DNA of 63,991 nucleotides, filler included, from Cercozoa sp. M6MM (taxonomy: Eukaryota > Protista > Endomyxa: Ascetosporea): NCBI GenBank assembly GCA_040357565.1. It is 13 parts of 13 records of this genome, joined end to end, with 100 filler letters (N's around TTAATTAATTAA, not from the genome) between each part and the next. Parts side by side here need not be neighbours in the genome. Positions count along the whole stretch, not along the records: positions 50,925 to 59,487 come from JBDODJ010000526.1; positions 59,588 to 61,976 come from JBDODJ010001779.1; positions 62,077 to 63,991 come from JBDODJ010001887.1; 10 more parts are not named here. The stretch is one strand, 5' to 3'. The position numbers and the translations under genes are program-made. The notes under the pieces are model-generated. The model was not told the origin of the DNA. It did not search any database and saw nothing but the letters and a program-made list of their open reading frames with translations. Shown one piece after another: positions 50,997 to 63,991 of this stretch (the stretch's first letter is position 1; every line of letters starts with the position of its first letter).

Positions 50997-51972
50997 CTGC
51001 GCCTGCGCCAGCAGCGTGCGCGCCAACGCGAGTTCGGCACCGACGGTGTCACTGACGGTATCACTGACGGTGTCACTGACGGTGTCACTGACGGTATCAC
51101 TGACGGTATCACTGACGGTGGCACTGCCGATCACACCGGCGACACCGTCGATCACGCACTGACCGACACGTGTCACATCGCACGTCGTGTCGCCCGAGAG
51201 GACACGTGCCACCACCTGCATGTCCTCCTGCTCACACAATCCCCCTTAACAAAGTCTCCCCCTTAACACAGTCTCCCCTTAACAAGGTCTCCCCCTTAAC
51301 AAGGTCTCCCCCTTAACAAGGTCTCCCCCTTAACAAAGTCTCCCCTTTAATAAAGTATCCCCTATAATAAAGTCCCCTCCCCTTTCACACACACCTGTGC
51401 ACGCGTCTGTAGTGTCTCCTGCCGCGTGTGTCGCGCCACTGCTTGCGCCGTGTCGTGCAGCACCTGGACAAAGAGGTTTACCCCCCTCTTCCCTACTTCC
51501 CCAGTTACCCCTTCCCCCAGTATATACCTGCGAGAGACGCGAGCACACAGCGTGCGACTGAGCGAGCATCTGCTCCAGCACGGCGTTGCGCTGCTGCAAC
51601 TGCGTCGCCGTCTTGCGCTGCTCAGCGTGTCGCTCCAGCAGCACTGCATTGCGCCGCCGCAGCAGCACCAGCTCCATCCCGACACACGAGTCTGTCTACG
51701 GATAGATTGACAGATTGTATCTGGACAGTTTGATTGGGCCAAACCAGCCTGAGGTACAAGTACCTACGGGATATCTCAGCGCACAGAAACACTGTCACTT
51801 GTCTGCGCTCACCTGAGGGCGCACCTGTCGGTTTCGATTGGCCTCGCGTAGCCCGGAGCTCTCTTCCTCTTTCTGTTTAAAGAATAATACAGATTATTTT
51901 TGATTTTGTGCCGTCCGTTTGGACGGATATTCAAACGAACTGCTTGACGTGTTGGACAGCCAGATCGCGCAT
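50997..51972 (-). CDS. Hypothetical coiled-coil protein with a (TVSD)n repeat (3' truncated)
   Basis: Exon MELVLLRRRNAVLLERHAEQRKTATQLQQRNAVLEQMLAQ... and further AG/GT-bounded exons. Confidence 0.5.
51241..51378. repeat. Intronic minisatellite, about 19-bp unit CCCCTTAACAA(A/G)GTCTC x7
   Basis: Directly visible tandem array without spacers. Confidence 0.9.
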
Positions 51973-52005
51973 CCTGTATATACAGACATCAGTGTTAGCA
52001 TAATA

Positions 52006-52932
52006 ATGTCCCAGACGCGCACCCCGAGCAAGGTGTGTGGAGTTTAGCTGGGTTCTGTGCGGTTTGTGATTCGCTTTTTGCAAAAAAGGATTTCTGGTTT
52101 TGATTGGTTGATTGTTTTGACCTCGATGCGCAGATCCTGGTCGCCTACGACGGTTCGGCGCCGTCGGACTTTGCCTTTGAGTTCGCGTGCAAGCACCACA
52201 TCCAGGCCGGCGATGAGGGTACGTGCTTTGCAGTCCAGATGTCTTGGGGGAGACGACTCTTTGGTGTGTGCGTGTGCTCAGTGCACCTGGTGTGCGTGCG
52301 ACCCGAGCCGCCAGTGTGGGCCTCGTCTGCTTCCAAGCAGGTGCCCTTGTCTCAATCTTCGTTTGTGTTTTCACGCTTTGAATGCTGTTTCTCGCAGGAG
52401 TACCTGTCGCACTTCCAGCAGGTGCAGGAGCAGCTTGAGGTAGTCGCTTTGTCCAACAAAACACTATGGGGGGGGGCGGAAGAAAACTTGTTGTATGCCT
52501 ACTTGCAGAACAAGAAGGGCTCGTTGTTCAAGACGCTCAACCTGTAGGCCCTGTTGCACTGTCTTGCTGTGTCTCTGTGTATGTCTATGTCAATGCTCAT
52601 GCACAGCGAGGCCGAGGTGCACGTGCAGGTCGGCGACGCGCGCGAGGTGCTGTGCGAGCTAGCCAGCGAGTACGGCATCGACTGCGTCGTCATTGGCTCG
52701 CATGGCAAGAGCCGCATGTCGCTCGGTATCATTGCCTTCTTGTTCCTATCTGTCTCTATGTCTATGTACTACCGCTGCTGTCATCAGGTTCCGTGTCGCA
52801 GTACGTTGTGGCCCATGCGTAACTTTGCTTTCTACGCTGCCTCTGTACTGCTGTGGATGTCTCTGTATGTTTGTGTCTGCCTTCTCGCTCAGCCCGTGCG
52901 CCGTGACGGTCGTGCGCAACCCGGTCAGCTAA
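52006..52932 (+). CDS. Universal stress protein (UspA family), 8 exons
   Basis: KILVAYDGSAPSDFAFEFA, VHLVCV and VGDAREVLCELASEYGIDCVVIGSHGKSRMSLGSVSQYVVAHAPCAVTVVR. Confidence 0.95.
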
Positions 52933-53101
52933 ACTGCGCCGACATGAATAGTATTAACAACCTGGACGCACCGATAGTATTTTGTATCCTTTCGTCGCGC
53001 GTCTGCCGTGCATAGTCAGGTAGCCGAGCCGCAAAGACCGCCACGGTCGCAGGTGGAGGGCAGCGACTTGTCCTTGTTACCGCAGCCCTCTCAGATAGGG
53101 A

Positions 53102-53437
53102 TCAGGCCTTGGTAAATTGAGGCAACTCGCCAGTGATACAAAAATGAACTAAGGAACGTAAGAAAGTCTGTTTTTGGAGGGAGTGGCTAAGTATGTAAGT
53201 ATGTAAGAGTGAGTTACCCCAACTGACACAGTTGGGCGGTAAAGCACTGATGGACGGGAATGTACAGTCAGTAAAAAGGGTCCTTGACGGAAAGACGTCG
53301 TGAGAACTGAGTAGTGGGTTCAGAAGTACTTGGGTTGGCGTGAAGTAAAAAAGAAGGGCCTGGCAGAAGCGAAGACAACTGGTCCTGGAAGTTGTAGGGT
53401 TGCTTCCGCGCGGATAAAGTAGTTCATGCTGTAACAT
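53102..53437 (-). mobile_element. Possible decayed non-LTR retrotransposon fragment
   Basis: Intronless intergenic ORF with TLFTDCTFPS...SWGNSL...LQKQTFLRSL, resembling the post-RT region of LINE ORF2 and similar to 57990-58045. Confidence 0.25.
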
Positions 53438-53476
53438 CCTACCAGACGCGAAGGTGTACTTTGAGTTTAGTAGTTG

Positions 53477-54500
53477 TTACTGCTGCGGTGACTGCTTGTG
53501 GAAGTTCTCCATGTCGAGCGGCGTCTCGCTGCGTCCGTGTAGCACGATCTGGTTGATGAAGGTGATCTCGGCGCCATCTTGGTTGTCCAGGATGAAGACC
53601 TGCAGCGAGTGCAAGTCACGGAACTTGCGTGCAGGGAGTGGAATCATTCGGCCGGCCTTTCGTGATACAATTCCATCAGGGCCAAACAAAATGGAGTGGT
53701 CTGCGTGGTACCAAATCGTCATCGTTCAGCGTTATTTCGAGCGTGCCCGGCAACTGCTCGGCATCGTCGCAGTCAAGGTGCGGCAGGTTCGTGAAGATCT
53801 TGACCTGCAGAACATTAGCACAAGACACACGGACAACGCAGTGTGTCAGAAGTTACAGTTTTGGCAGGCGAGGCACTCGCGTGGCGCACAGGCGGCATGT
53901 CGGCACGACTGTCGCAACAGCAACACAGGTTTAACAAGTCAAGCTACCTGAAAACACAATGCTACATTGACATTTCGGTGAGATCGACTTGGTTCTTGAA
54001 TACGATCATGAACAACTGGGCAACATTGGAGATTGCAGGTTGAGTGCAGGAACCTATTGATACAGGTGCATGCAACTTACCATCTGTTCGTCGATTTCGG
54101 GATCCGAGTTGACGGTGGCACTGCCTCCAAGTTTAAACGCATTTTCGGCTGTCAAAACAGCACAGAGTGCAGTCGCATGCAACGGGTGCAAGGTGGCAGA
54201 ACTCGTAACTACCCTCTTGTCCGTCCTCCAGATTCGCGGCCGAAGTCTCCTTGAAATCGATCGCAGGAAGCAAGTTGCCAGCAGTCTTGATGCTGCCTGT
54301 GGAAGGTTTTTCGAAAGAACGAGAGCGAAAAACAAGGATACCAACGACTTCTTCTGGCTCAGAAGCACTACAGACAGCAGGATGGTGCACATCATGATCG
54401 TATCTGCATAACAGGGCAGGGAACGCACGCACTGTTGCCGCCTTGCCTACCGAGCAGTTCTGCGCATTCCCGGAAACATGGTTTAAAACCCCATCAGCAA
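53477..54500 (-). CDS. PITH-domain protein (start uncertain)
   Basis: VNSDPEIDEQ..LFMIVFKNQVDL, VKIFTNLPHLDCDDAEQ, IPLPARKFRDLHSLQVFILDNQDGAEITFINQIVLHG and DMENFHK. Confidence 0.85.
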
Positions 54501-55139
54501 AAAACAGTTGCAAGAACAGGTTCGTACGTTGCAGGCCTTGCATATTCCAACTTAACAGGATTTGCAAAAATCGACGCTTGCACGGATGGGGACGATCTCC
54601 CACGTTTCGTGTTCAAGCGTAGTGTCGTCTGTTCGATTGGAAGCTGCTATTGTATCAAGAAGTTGATCGCATCACGCTTAAAAAATAAGTTTTTTTTAAT
54701 TTTTATATCTTTCCAGCGCTCTCTGATAGACAACGTTACGAACGATCTGAGAAGCCCGCAGAAAAATATAAAATATCGTCAGATTCTCATTGTACAGAGC
54801 ATCTGAGAACGCATCAGTGTCACAAAAGCCGACCAGAGAGCAGGTTAAAAGACACTGTAGGGTACTGAGCCCCGAAGAGTGGTAGAAACCAACCGATCAC
54901 TGGTTTGAGTATCAATCTTTTTTGGGCTGTTTGCTTGGTCACCTGTCACGGTCAACCAACGTTTTTTTTTTTGCCGTGTTCATTGCTTCGAGTTTTGACC
55001 GCACGTGGTGTGAGCTGTGAAACAGCGCTTGCTCCTGAAGTGAATCTGCCCGTGTGTGCGCAGGGAACCTTTCACCTTGGACCGTTTCTCTTTCCAAGAA
55101 CCACCGAGCGGGCTTGGTTTTGCCGAATTTCCACGCGAG

Positions 55140-57252
55140 ATGGACTTGTACCTTCCCTCTTTTATCGCTTTTTCCTCCGGTCTGTGAGTTGGGGAATGCG
55201 GTGATGTGACACAGGGACATCTTCTCGGAGCATACGCCGCAGAAACTTCGTGCAAAGCACGATAATGCCAGTGTGCGTTGGTGTCTCGTGGATCTCTTCA
55301 ATCCTGGGCCGTTTATCGCTTTTGCTCAGGAGTGGAGCCTCCATCGAAGCGAAGACACACCTTTACTGGCGCAGCCACCACTGACGGTGAGTTCTGTGAA
55401 GTGTGATACCCTGTTGAGTACTGTCAGCAAACAAGCTGGAGTTGTCTTGCCCAGTCCACAACATCATTGGGTCCTTTGCGGGCTTTGTCGCCTTCCATGG
55501 CTGAGTACCTTCCCACATCATGTTTGCTTTTTTGGAGCCAAGGCGGCATTGGTTCATCTGCACAGCTGGGACCTCGTGCCCGACGTTGATGATATTGACG
55601 CTGACTTACCGTTTCCAAACGATGATGCGAGCGCCCCTGTGTCCGATTCTGAGGTGTGACTTGCCTTCCATAATCCGTTCGTTTACTTGTGCCCAATGCG
55701 ATTGCTCTCCACAGATGCCGATGGGAATGCCGCTAAATCTCCCGCAGTCTGCCCTTTCCTTGATAAGAGGTAAGGTTCTTTTTAAGTTAGTTGTGTGTTC
55801 TTTCTGTTCACCTGTTGTCTCGGTTAGGGCTGAATGAGAGATACGCCGAGACACACCGAGTTTCAGACTCTTGTGAACGAACACTCGAAGTGAATGGTAT
55901 CAATGCGTGCAATGATACGTTCGCTGAGCAGGCATATTTGGTTGTGCTGTAGAGGTGGAGTCCGGACAGTGGTCGCAGCAAGTTGCGCGTCCTGCACCCG
56001 AAATGGCCGGAAGACAGATTCCGCGTCTGACCGAAGTACCGGGACCGACTAGCCTGGGCATGGAAACGCCCGAGGCCGAGCCAGAGCCGAAGCTGTCGCA
56101 TCCACGCAAAAGACGCCGCGTGCTCCGTGCGCTTTCGACTGAAAAGAGATTGGATCAAGCAGATGTCGTGCACGCACTTCCTACATACGAGGTACGCGTT
56201 TTAATGACGTGTGTTGCCGTTGCTATATTGGAAAGCTGTGCAGCCACCGACTATTGCGACGAAGCGATCGCGTCGACAACGCCGCCGGCCAGCGCAGTAC
56301 GCCGACTGCTTGTTTGGTGACGACGAACTCGGTGCCGCCGAGACACTGGCGTAGGCCTTTCCTCATTGTTACTCTTCGTATACTATACCAGTATGCGCTA
56401 TGCCCCGCAGTTTGAAAGAGGAGCAACATCGCATGAGTCGCGCAGGCCGACCGGCCCACGAGGTAATAGCTGACAGTTTTATGCTGATGCTATGCATCTG
56501 GACTCATCGATACGAGCAGGTGGAGTCGGTGATGGCACGCAACGGCATGCCTTTGCACGAATCAACGCCAGAAGATGTATTGTCATATCTGTATGTGTTA
56601 ATATACTGATGTATGTCCGTGTCTCTCCGGGACAATAGGAGTCCTATGACGGCACACGTATCCGCCGCACCGCCGCCGAAAGCAATGCGTACCCTGCTAT
56701 CCGGATATCTCCGAGTATCTGTCTGTGTGTGTGCACGTGTGTGTGTATGTATGTGCGTGTATGATGTGCGTTTGTAGTGCTGTCGCACGCAAGCGTGCGC
56801 GCACACGTCGGCATGTCAAGACGGTACAACTTATTTATTCTCGCACATGTCAGTTTATGTTTTGCTCAATGTGTGTGCGTGTATGGCGTGGCAGGTGCCA
56901 CTGAGTCCACCCCCTGTGCCGCCGACTCTGTCTGAGCCAGGGTAGATTTAGCTACTTACCTGTCCGGTGAATTCAAACACGCGTGCTAAAAGTAGAAAGA
57001 AGAAGAGGCAGGCGCGCGCAGTGTTCCGACCATCGCCGATCTTGCTCGCGCAGCAGCAACAGCAGAGAGAGCAGGAACTGCAACAGCAGAGAGAGCAGGA
57101 ACTGATGAAGCAAACGCAAAGCAGCGGCGAGCGCGTTGTGCTTGTATCCCTTTCTTTCTCCTTTTTCTTGTCCTTGGACTGCATATATTTGCGAAGGCGC
57201 CGCCCTCGCTCTTCCTGCAGGGCGTGTCACCAAGTGCAGGTTGACTTGAGCA
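55140..57252 (+). CDS. Hypothetical multi-exon protein
   Basis: Exon chain with an NLS-like PRKRRR and a Q/E-rich segment (LAQQQQQREQELQQQREQEL); no family recognised. Confidence 0.5.
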
Positions 57253-57600
57253 AATGGTATAACAACGACACTACTTTCGACCGAGCTCAATCTTATTCTT
57301 GAATCTGTTTCTTTGTGTTGATAGCCTATTTAAGTGCGAAATGAACTTCGCATATTTGAGTCCGGATTCGAATCTTTGAGTTACTGATTTCCGATCACGG
57401 CAACAGTAACACCAGATACTACGAGTTGTCGCCTGCCTCCGTCGACTCGATCCGAGTGTTTCCACCTGCAGCATTGTTTTTGAGAGTGTGTTTAAACTTA
57501 CATATAAACGAATTTAAAACTTAAGTAAAGTGTTGCGGTATGGAAACCAGTAACTAAGGTATGAAGACGACTAAATAAAGGAAGTAAAACGCCAGTTAGA

Positions 57601-58145
57601 ATGACGCCGATGTGGAGGATTAGAATGTTACGAAACGGTATCTTCCATCCGGCCAGTCAGATCTCTGGTGCTCCGCGTGGAAGAAAGCTATTTATTGAGC
57701 ACTTTGAGAAGTGTGGTGTATTGTGTTTGTCTGGTATCCTGACCTCTCCGAGAGTGTTGCTAACCTCCTTACCCTGTGTTTGGTAGACTGACCTCGAAAG
57801 AGCAAGATTTTGCTCCTTTCCTGAAAAGGCTCTCTACTCACCAGGTAAAGCACCTCTCCAGGCTCCAGTCCTTGCACTCTCACGGAATCCCTTGTTGCTG
57901 TCTTCCCAGCACAGAGAGCCTTTCTTTTTCTCCTTACGTCCCTCCTTCTCCTTCCTTCCTTCTTCTGACTACCGGGCCTCTCATCCTTCCCGACCAGTCT
58001 ACTTCCTGTACTTTGCCGACCCTATCTTGGGGTAACTACCTCTGAACTGACTACGTCTACTGACTCAATTCTTCTTCACATCGATTCCATTTGTTTCTTT
58101 AGCTTTTTCCTGGCATAGTACTCTTTTGCACTACCAAAGCCTCAA
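57601..58145 (+). mobile_element. Possible decayed non-LTR retrotransposon relic
   Basis: Broken, intronless frames: RGRKLFIEHFEKCGVLCLSG (like the APE endonuclease 'G..L..F.....L.ILNG') and TSCTLPTLSWGNYL* (like the post-RT 'CILPTLTYG.E.W'). Confidence 0.3.
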
Positions 58146-58679
58146 TTTCTGAAAGGCTGCGGTAACAAGAAGACATACCCTTGTAGAAAAGGTCGTCGAA
58201 AGCTCAAAGGCTTGTTGAAGGCAATTAAAAGAACAGCCGAGGCACTATCACGGCAGAACATTTCAAGTGCGAAGGGACAAGAGCTCCGAGAAGGAAGCTG
58301 GAGAAGAGATACCTGCAGTAGAAGCTTGACAGGTCTGCACAACACTTGACAATGCAAGGTAGAAGCCTCAGGATGTAATGCAGATACCTAGCAAAACAAA
58401 TCACTATGCCGAGTAGTCAGATGACAACTTGACTGGTTGAGAAACGCTATGCCGTACTAAAAGCGACGTTGCAACGCAACCTTGATATCGATCTACTTAA
58501 ATTCTGCGCTTTTGACAGGCAGGAGCAATAGCACGGAGGGTGAAATCTACACTGACATGATAGAGTACGAGTAGCAAGTCTCTGGGTGTAAAGTGTCTGG
58601 GTAGACTGCAGCAGCTGAACTGCTTAACAACTGAACCGAAACTACACCGCAGTGCACCGCACGCGACGTATGCGGAAAA

Positions 58680-58780
58680 CTAGAGCTCTTCGTCGCTGTC
58701 GGACAAGTCCGAGTCGCTCGCAAACGCGTCCTGCGCAGACACACGAAACAGAAGAACTGCACACGCATACTCAGTGTAGG

Positions 58781-58841
<61 letters not shown>

Positions 58842-59359
58842 AAACCTCGACCGGGAAGTCGCCGATTTCGAGTGCAGCAGGACGCACAAATATTCCGTAG
58901 TTGGCAGCACACTCAAAGTATCGTCGTCCTGCGGGAGGGGTAAAGGTAGGAATAAGAAAGGGAGGAAGGAGGACAAAGGATCAACCCTGCGCAGTGCCGT
59001 CGTTCTTGCCGAACGGTTCGTCCAACTGCACGCCGACAAACTCGCCTTGCATCTGGGGGGTCAGAGGGTAAGGGTAAAAGGAAGAGGGAGGAGAGAGGGT
59101 CAGGGGGTAAGGGTAAGGTATGGGGAGGAAGGGGGGTAAAACCTTGGCCGAGTCGGCAGCCGACGCGATGGCGCCGACGAAGCGCACCGTGCCGCGGTGC
59201 ATGCCCTTCCACTGACACCGCGCTCCCACTCGAATCGCAGCCTTAACAAATCAACCTCCTGCCTCATTCCGTCCACGCGGACGTCCATATGGACAGCTGG
59301 AATGACTGATTAAGGATACCGCTTGTTCCGCATTCGCTCGCAATCGTGCTTCTCGCTCC
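58680..59359 (-). CDS. TBCB: Tubulin-folding cofactor B (CAP-Gly domain), 3' part
   Basis: VGARCQ...RGTVRFVG...[19 protein letters not shown]|[25 protein letters not shown], with an acidic end ...SDEEL*. Confidence 0.9.
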
Positions 59360-59599
59360 TAGGGGATAAGGGAAGGCATTAGAAGGTGAAGAGGGGTAAA
59401 GGGGAAAAGGGGTAAAGGAGGAGGTAAATGGGAGGTGAAAGGGAGGTAAGATGGGGGGGTAGAATGGGGGGTAAGATGGGGGGTAAANNNNNNNNNNNNN
59501 NNNNNNNNNNNNNNNNNNNNNNNNNNNNNNNTTAATTAATTAANNNNNNNNNNNNNNNNNNNNNNNNNNNNNNNNNNNNNNNNNNNNCCCCCCCCCCCT

Positions 59600-59925
59600 A
59601 TACCCATACACTTATATATCATATACATGTACATAAACCTACATATACATACTTATACATATACATACATATATATATATATATTTTACATATGCATACT
59701 TATACATCTACATACATACACACATATACACACATACATTACACACATACATATACATACAATACATATGCATATACATATGCATATACATATACATATA
59801 CATATGTATATACATGCACATACTTATACATTTACATACACAGACATACATATACACACATACATATGCATACATATACATACACATACACATACATACA
59901 TGTGCATATACATATACATACACAT
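59600..59925. repeat. Degenerate (CATA/TA)n intronic microsatellite
   Basis: Directly visible. Confidence 0.9.
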
Positions 59926-59948
59926 GTTTACCCCCCTCCCGTGGCAGA

Positions 59949-61917
59949 CACGCAAACTGCCATGTTTCGGAGCGCTGGCGACGCGTCGGATAGCGTCGGG
60001 CCGCCGCGTCGTCATCGACTTCCTCGACGTGGCGCGCCAACGCGACGCCGCCTTGGCCGACGACGACTCGCTACAGGTACCTGGGGGGGGGTAAACAGGG
60101 GGGTAAGAAGGGGGGTAAAACACACGTATGCAGCAGCCAAGTGACACGAGGAGCGGCCACGTGCGATCCGAGCTGTTCCAAGTCGAACACAGTCGCTCCG
60201 TGTGGCCCTCCGTCAGCGCGGAGGATCCCACCGTCCGCGCGGACGGCGACGCAACCGTCGCTGCTGTGGAACACGACGATAACGACGCTGCGTTGCAGCG
60301 ATGGACGGCTTCGCATATGGTGGGTCTCAGGGGAGGGGTTAGGGGGTAAACAGGGGTTTGATGGGGGTAAACGGGGGGGGGGTAAAGAGGGGGGTATAAC
60401 TGCCGCTGTGTGTGACAGGCGCTGCGGTGCAGTCGCGCGCGCACGCTGCAGAACGCGCATGCGGCGCTGAACTGCGCGCGCTACGACGCCGACGTCGCCT
60501 CCTTCCGCCGCCGACCGATGCCAGGCTGCAGCGGCGACTTCTCGCTCGGCATCCGACGTGCCAACCCGGCCGGCGACTTTGCCTGGCTGAGTACTGCAAA
60601 TTATTTTTTTTCGTTTTTTCTGCCATCCGCGCGGACATGTGCCTCCATTGTGTTCAGGCGATTTCCTGGCACAGTGGCGTGCACTGCCCTCCAAAGACCT
60701 CCGACTACGCTTTGACCCGCGACTGGAGGACGAGGAGTTGCTGCCTTGCGACTTTGACGATCTCGCGTTCGACGACTCTGCTTTGTCAACAGCTTTGCCG
60801 AAATCAGCGAAGGCTTCGCCGAAGTCTGTGTCGAGTACGTCGAAAACTGTGGCGAAATCGACGCAAGCAGCGAAAGCTTTGCCGAAAACAGCGAAAGCTT
60901 CGGCGAAATCCGAAAGCTTCGGCGAAAGGTTTGGCGAAAGCGAAAGGAAGAGCGATGGTGAGAGCGACAGCGACAGTGACTGGTCATCGGACGACGATGT
61001 CGTGCTGAACACGTCGATGGTGTCCTCGGCTGCAACAGCGGCAGCACCTGCTGCTGCACCGATCGAGCAGGAGGCCGAGGGCGAACGCAAGCGACTCACC
61101 GTCGTGTGCAGTTTCCGACGCGGTCGCAGCACGCACGTGGCCGCCTGCGGCGTCGCCGACGAGCGGCGCAACGAACGCACTGGCGCCACCGAGCTGCTCG
61201 TGTAGGCTTTACCCCCGTTTTTACCCCCCTATTTCCCCCCCCCCCCCGCAGCTACTTCAAAGCGCCGAGTGCCGAGTCGGACACGTGCGTGAGTGAGCCC
61301 GATGCCGAAGGACGTCGTGTGCGTCGTCGTGCGCCCTGCCGATTCTATAACGTAGTTTACCCCCCCCCCCCTCTTTTACCTTTACCCAACCCTATGGCAC
61401 AGTGGCCAAGTAAGGTGGACGGAGCGCCGGCGGCCAAAGGACTGGCGCAGCGATGGGTCAACTTGTGCTCGGTACCGCCTTCCTTTATCTTACCCCCTAC
61501 CCCCCTACCCCCTGTGTGTGTGCAGTTGGCCATAAGCTACATGCCACATGGCGGTTTCCGCTCGCGTGTCGGCGACGCCGACGTGAGCGATGACGTCGAC
61601 GAGTTCGAGCCGCCGCGGCGCTTCCGCGCGGAGGCACAGGGGGAGGCACAAGGGTCAGCCGCCGGGTCACAGGGGTCAGCCGGGTCGCGGCAGGAGGAGT
61701 CTTCCGAGGCTGGTCGGAAGCGACGGCGAGCCGAGGCGCGTGTTGCCTTCACGGGACTGCCGCTGGCCGTGCAGCAGCAGATGCAAGCCAACGCACGGCG
61801 GATGCGCGATGGTTTACCCCCTCTTAGCACTTCCTTGCCCCCTGTTTATCACCCCTCCCCAGATGACGACAATGTCGATGTGCACACCGACTTTGGCTCG
61901 CCTGAACCTCTGCGAGC
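59949..61917 (+). CDS. Hypothetical low-complexity protein, internal fragment
   Basis: GC-rich exons are separated by G-rich and C-rich repeat introns; long open exon 60658-61201. Confidence 0.55.
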
Positions 61918-61928
61918 GTACCTCCTAT

Positions 61929-61976
<48 letters not shown>

Positions 61977-62076
61977 NNNNNNNNNNNNNNNNNNNNNNNN
62001 NNNNNNNNNNNNNNNNNNNNTTAATTAATTAANNNNNNNNNNNNNNNNNNNNNNNNNNNNNNNNNNNNNNNNNNNN

Positions 62077-62366
62077 GTCGATAACGGTGACGCGACGCAC
62101 ATCGCGTTCAAGAACGACGACGAGTGGCTGCACGCGAAGACAACACGTATGTCCACGCTCTTGTCGCTCGTGTCGACCACACGCACGGACGACGTAGGGG
62201 AACGCTCACCCATCCCTACGTGTCGCGCGACACCATGGAGCGCGAGTTCAGCAAGCGTCGCGTCGAGCAGTTCACGATGCGCACGCGCACGTTGAAGCTC
62301 AGCAACCAGGCCATCGACTACCGCAGCACAGATACACACTCAGCACAGTCAATACGGCTGCTGTAA
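62077..62366 (+). CDS. Hypothetical protein, C-terminal fragment
   Basis: VDNGDATHIAFKNDD|EGTLTHPYVSRDTMEREFSKRRVEQF...IRLL* with strong coding-type codon bias. Confidence 0.45.
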
Positions 62367-62859
62367 GGCTCTAAAATGCTCTCAGGGAAGCTATAACAGT
62401 AGTAAAAAAAACACTCACCGATCTTCGATTTCGTCTCGTCCCATGGTTCGTCGTTATCGTCTGCAAGCGCTCTAATGAACATTATATAGACTGTGCACAC
62501 GGGTGCATTCGTTCTTTTGGATCTCGCTACTATCACGTGTTCATATATTTTCGCCTCAGATGTCCCAAATTGGGCCGGGTTTCGTCCAAATATACGACTA
62601 CTATCGGCCCATACTAGCCCAGAATTGACCTCTGCTAGACATCGTTTTTTGGACGTTTATAACACGTTTTACTTGTACTGACACCAAGATATGCATGCTG
62701 GCAATGTCCAGATTTGATCATGCGTTTCGCGCTTTAGTAAAAATGGCGGCTTGGCTGCGGCTGGCTGAGAATCGCTATGCCGCAACATAGTCGGTTAATG
62801 AACTAACAAAGCTAACTACCAAGCGAGCCATCAACCTTCGGCGGTAGCGATTGGGTCTC

Positions 62860-63925
62860 TCAGCCTGAGGGTGCAGACTGATCGTGGCCAGTGCTTGCAG
62901 CGCTAGCACTTGTAGTGCGCACGTGCTGTCTACCGGGACAAGACATTGCTTGAACCAGGCGGTCCAGGTCGCTGGCGGCTTCGTCGGCCTCGGAGTGCGT
63001 CTGGTCGAGAAGCTCATGCACCGTCGACGGCAGCGAGGCCGACAGGATGCGAACATGGCCGCGCTTGCGACGAGCATGGTGTATGCTGCTGTGTGACCTA
63101 TATGGCAGTGTGTGAGGGACATGCATTACAGAAGTTGCTTACACTCTACAGTATACGGATAAATACCTGCCGAGAGTGGGAGGCGACAACGTCGGTCTCT
63201 GAAAATGGCCTGTCTGTGCAACGGCGAACAAGTCGTCCGGGTCGTGCAACAGCGGTGACGGCGAGGCCGACGGCGACACTGTCCTCACAACGCGTGCAAT
63301 ATCTCGATGTCTCGAACCACGCGCTGGCAGAGAGGTAGGCCTACTCATGTGGTTGGCGTTGGCGCTGCCGGGCGACAGTGGGAACCGCCGCCGCCGGCGT
63401 CGCAGTGTCGACGAAGTTGAACTACACAGACACGCATGTCAGGGAAGTAAGTAGCCACTCGAGGGGGTTACGAGTCAAAGAAGTGATGCGACGTGTCCAC
63501 GGTGAGTTGTCGCGTCCGAAGCATGACCGAAGTCGGTTCTACGACCGCGACGTCGTGCTCATGCGTGCTGCTGAGTCCGCTGCCGCTGCTGCCGTGACTG
63601 TCGGTGTCGCTGCTTTCGCGGTAGCTGCTGTCGCTGTCGCTCCTCCTAAGCTGCTGCTGCTCTGGCACACCTGTGCTCACGCTGTCTTCTGCAGGCACCA
63701 ATATATATGTATATATATATATATATAGATATCTATATATATATATATATACAAACGCAAGGGCACTAAGAGGCACACCGGCGTCGGCGAGATCGGTGTG
63801 ATCTACAGCAGTGGCATCGCCGTCGAGGCGAGTGCGACTGCATTGCTTGCTCGCCGTGCTGCCAGTGGCCGCGCCCTCTGCTTCGAACGCGAAACCGTCG
63901 CCGACGTCAGTGTCTGCTCTCAGTC
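62860..63925 (-). CDS. Hypothetical protein, C-terminal part
   Basis: AG/GT-bounded exons separated by (TA)n and (GT)n introns; ends ...HDQSAPSG*. Confidence 0.5.
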
Positions 63926-63941
63926 GGGTGGGAGAACAAAC

Positions 63942-63975
<34 letters not shown>

Positions 63976-63991
63976 ACACACACCGCCATGT

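Noticed and set aside
51241-51378. CRISPR-like repeat array
   Set aside because: There are no unique spacers and no cas genes; it is a eukaryotic intronic minisatellite.

Overview
Eukaryotic (protist-like) nuclear DNA read with the standard genetic code. The window is not contiguous: it is 13 scaffolds joined by 12 artificial 100-nt linkers (N..TTAATTAATTAA..N), so gene order across linkers means nothing. The genome is gene-dense and very intron-dense, with short GT-AG introns (mostly about 45-110 nt) whose donors show little consensus beyond GT. Many introns are filled with (GT)n, C-rich or other short tandem repeats. Manual splicing recovers a fatty acyl-CoA reductase with a C-terminal PTS1, SAC1, ValRS (5' part), OTC, a YtcJ-type amidohydrolase, ADAL/MAPDA, a WD40 protein, a LYRM2-like protein, MLH1 (fragment), DTWD1, a GTF3C6-like protein, PIGQ/GPI1, PEX16, a class C GPCR-like 7TM protein, a USP, a PITH-domain protein, TBCB and many hypothetical genes. 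The most notable observations are two dispersed short-repeat families recurring in introns of unrelated genes on independent scaffolds, a signal-peptide-bearing protein resembling an uncharacterised bacterial family, the PTS1-bearing FAR, a GC-AG intron with a non-consensus donor, and probable decayed non-LTR retroelement relics. All gene models and family assignments were made by eye from motifs; no database searches were run.
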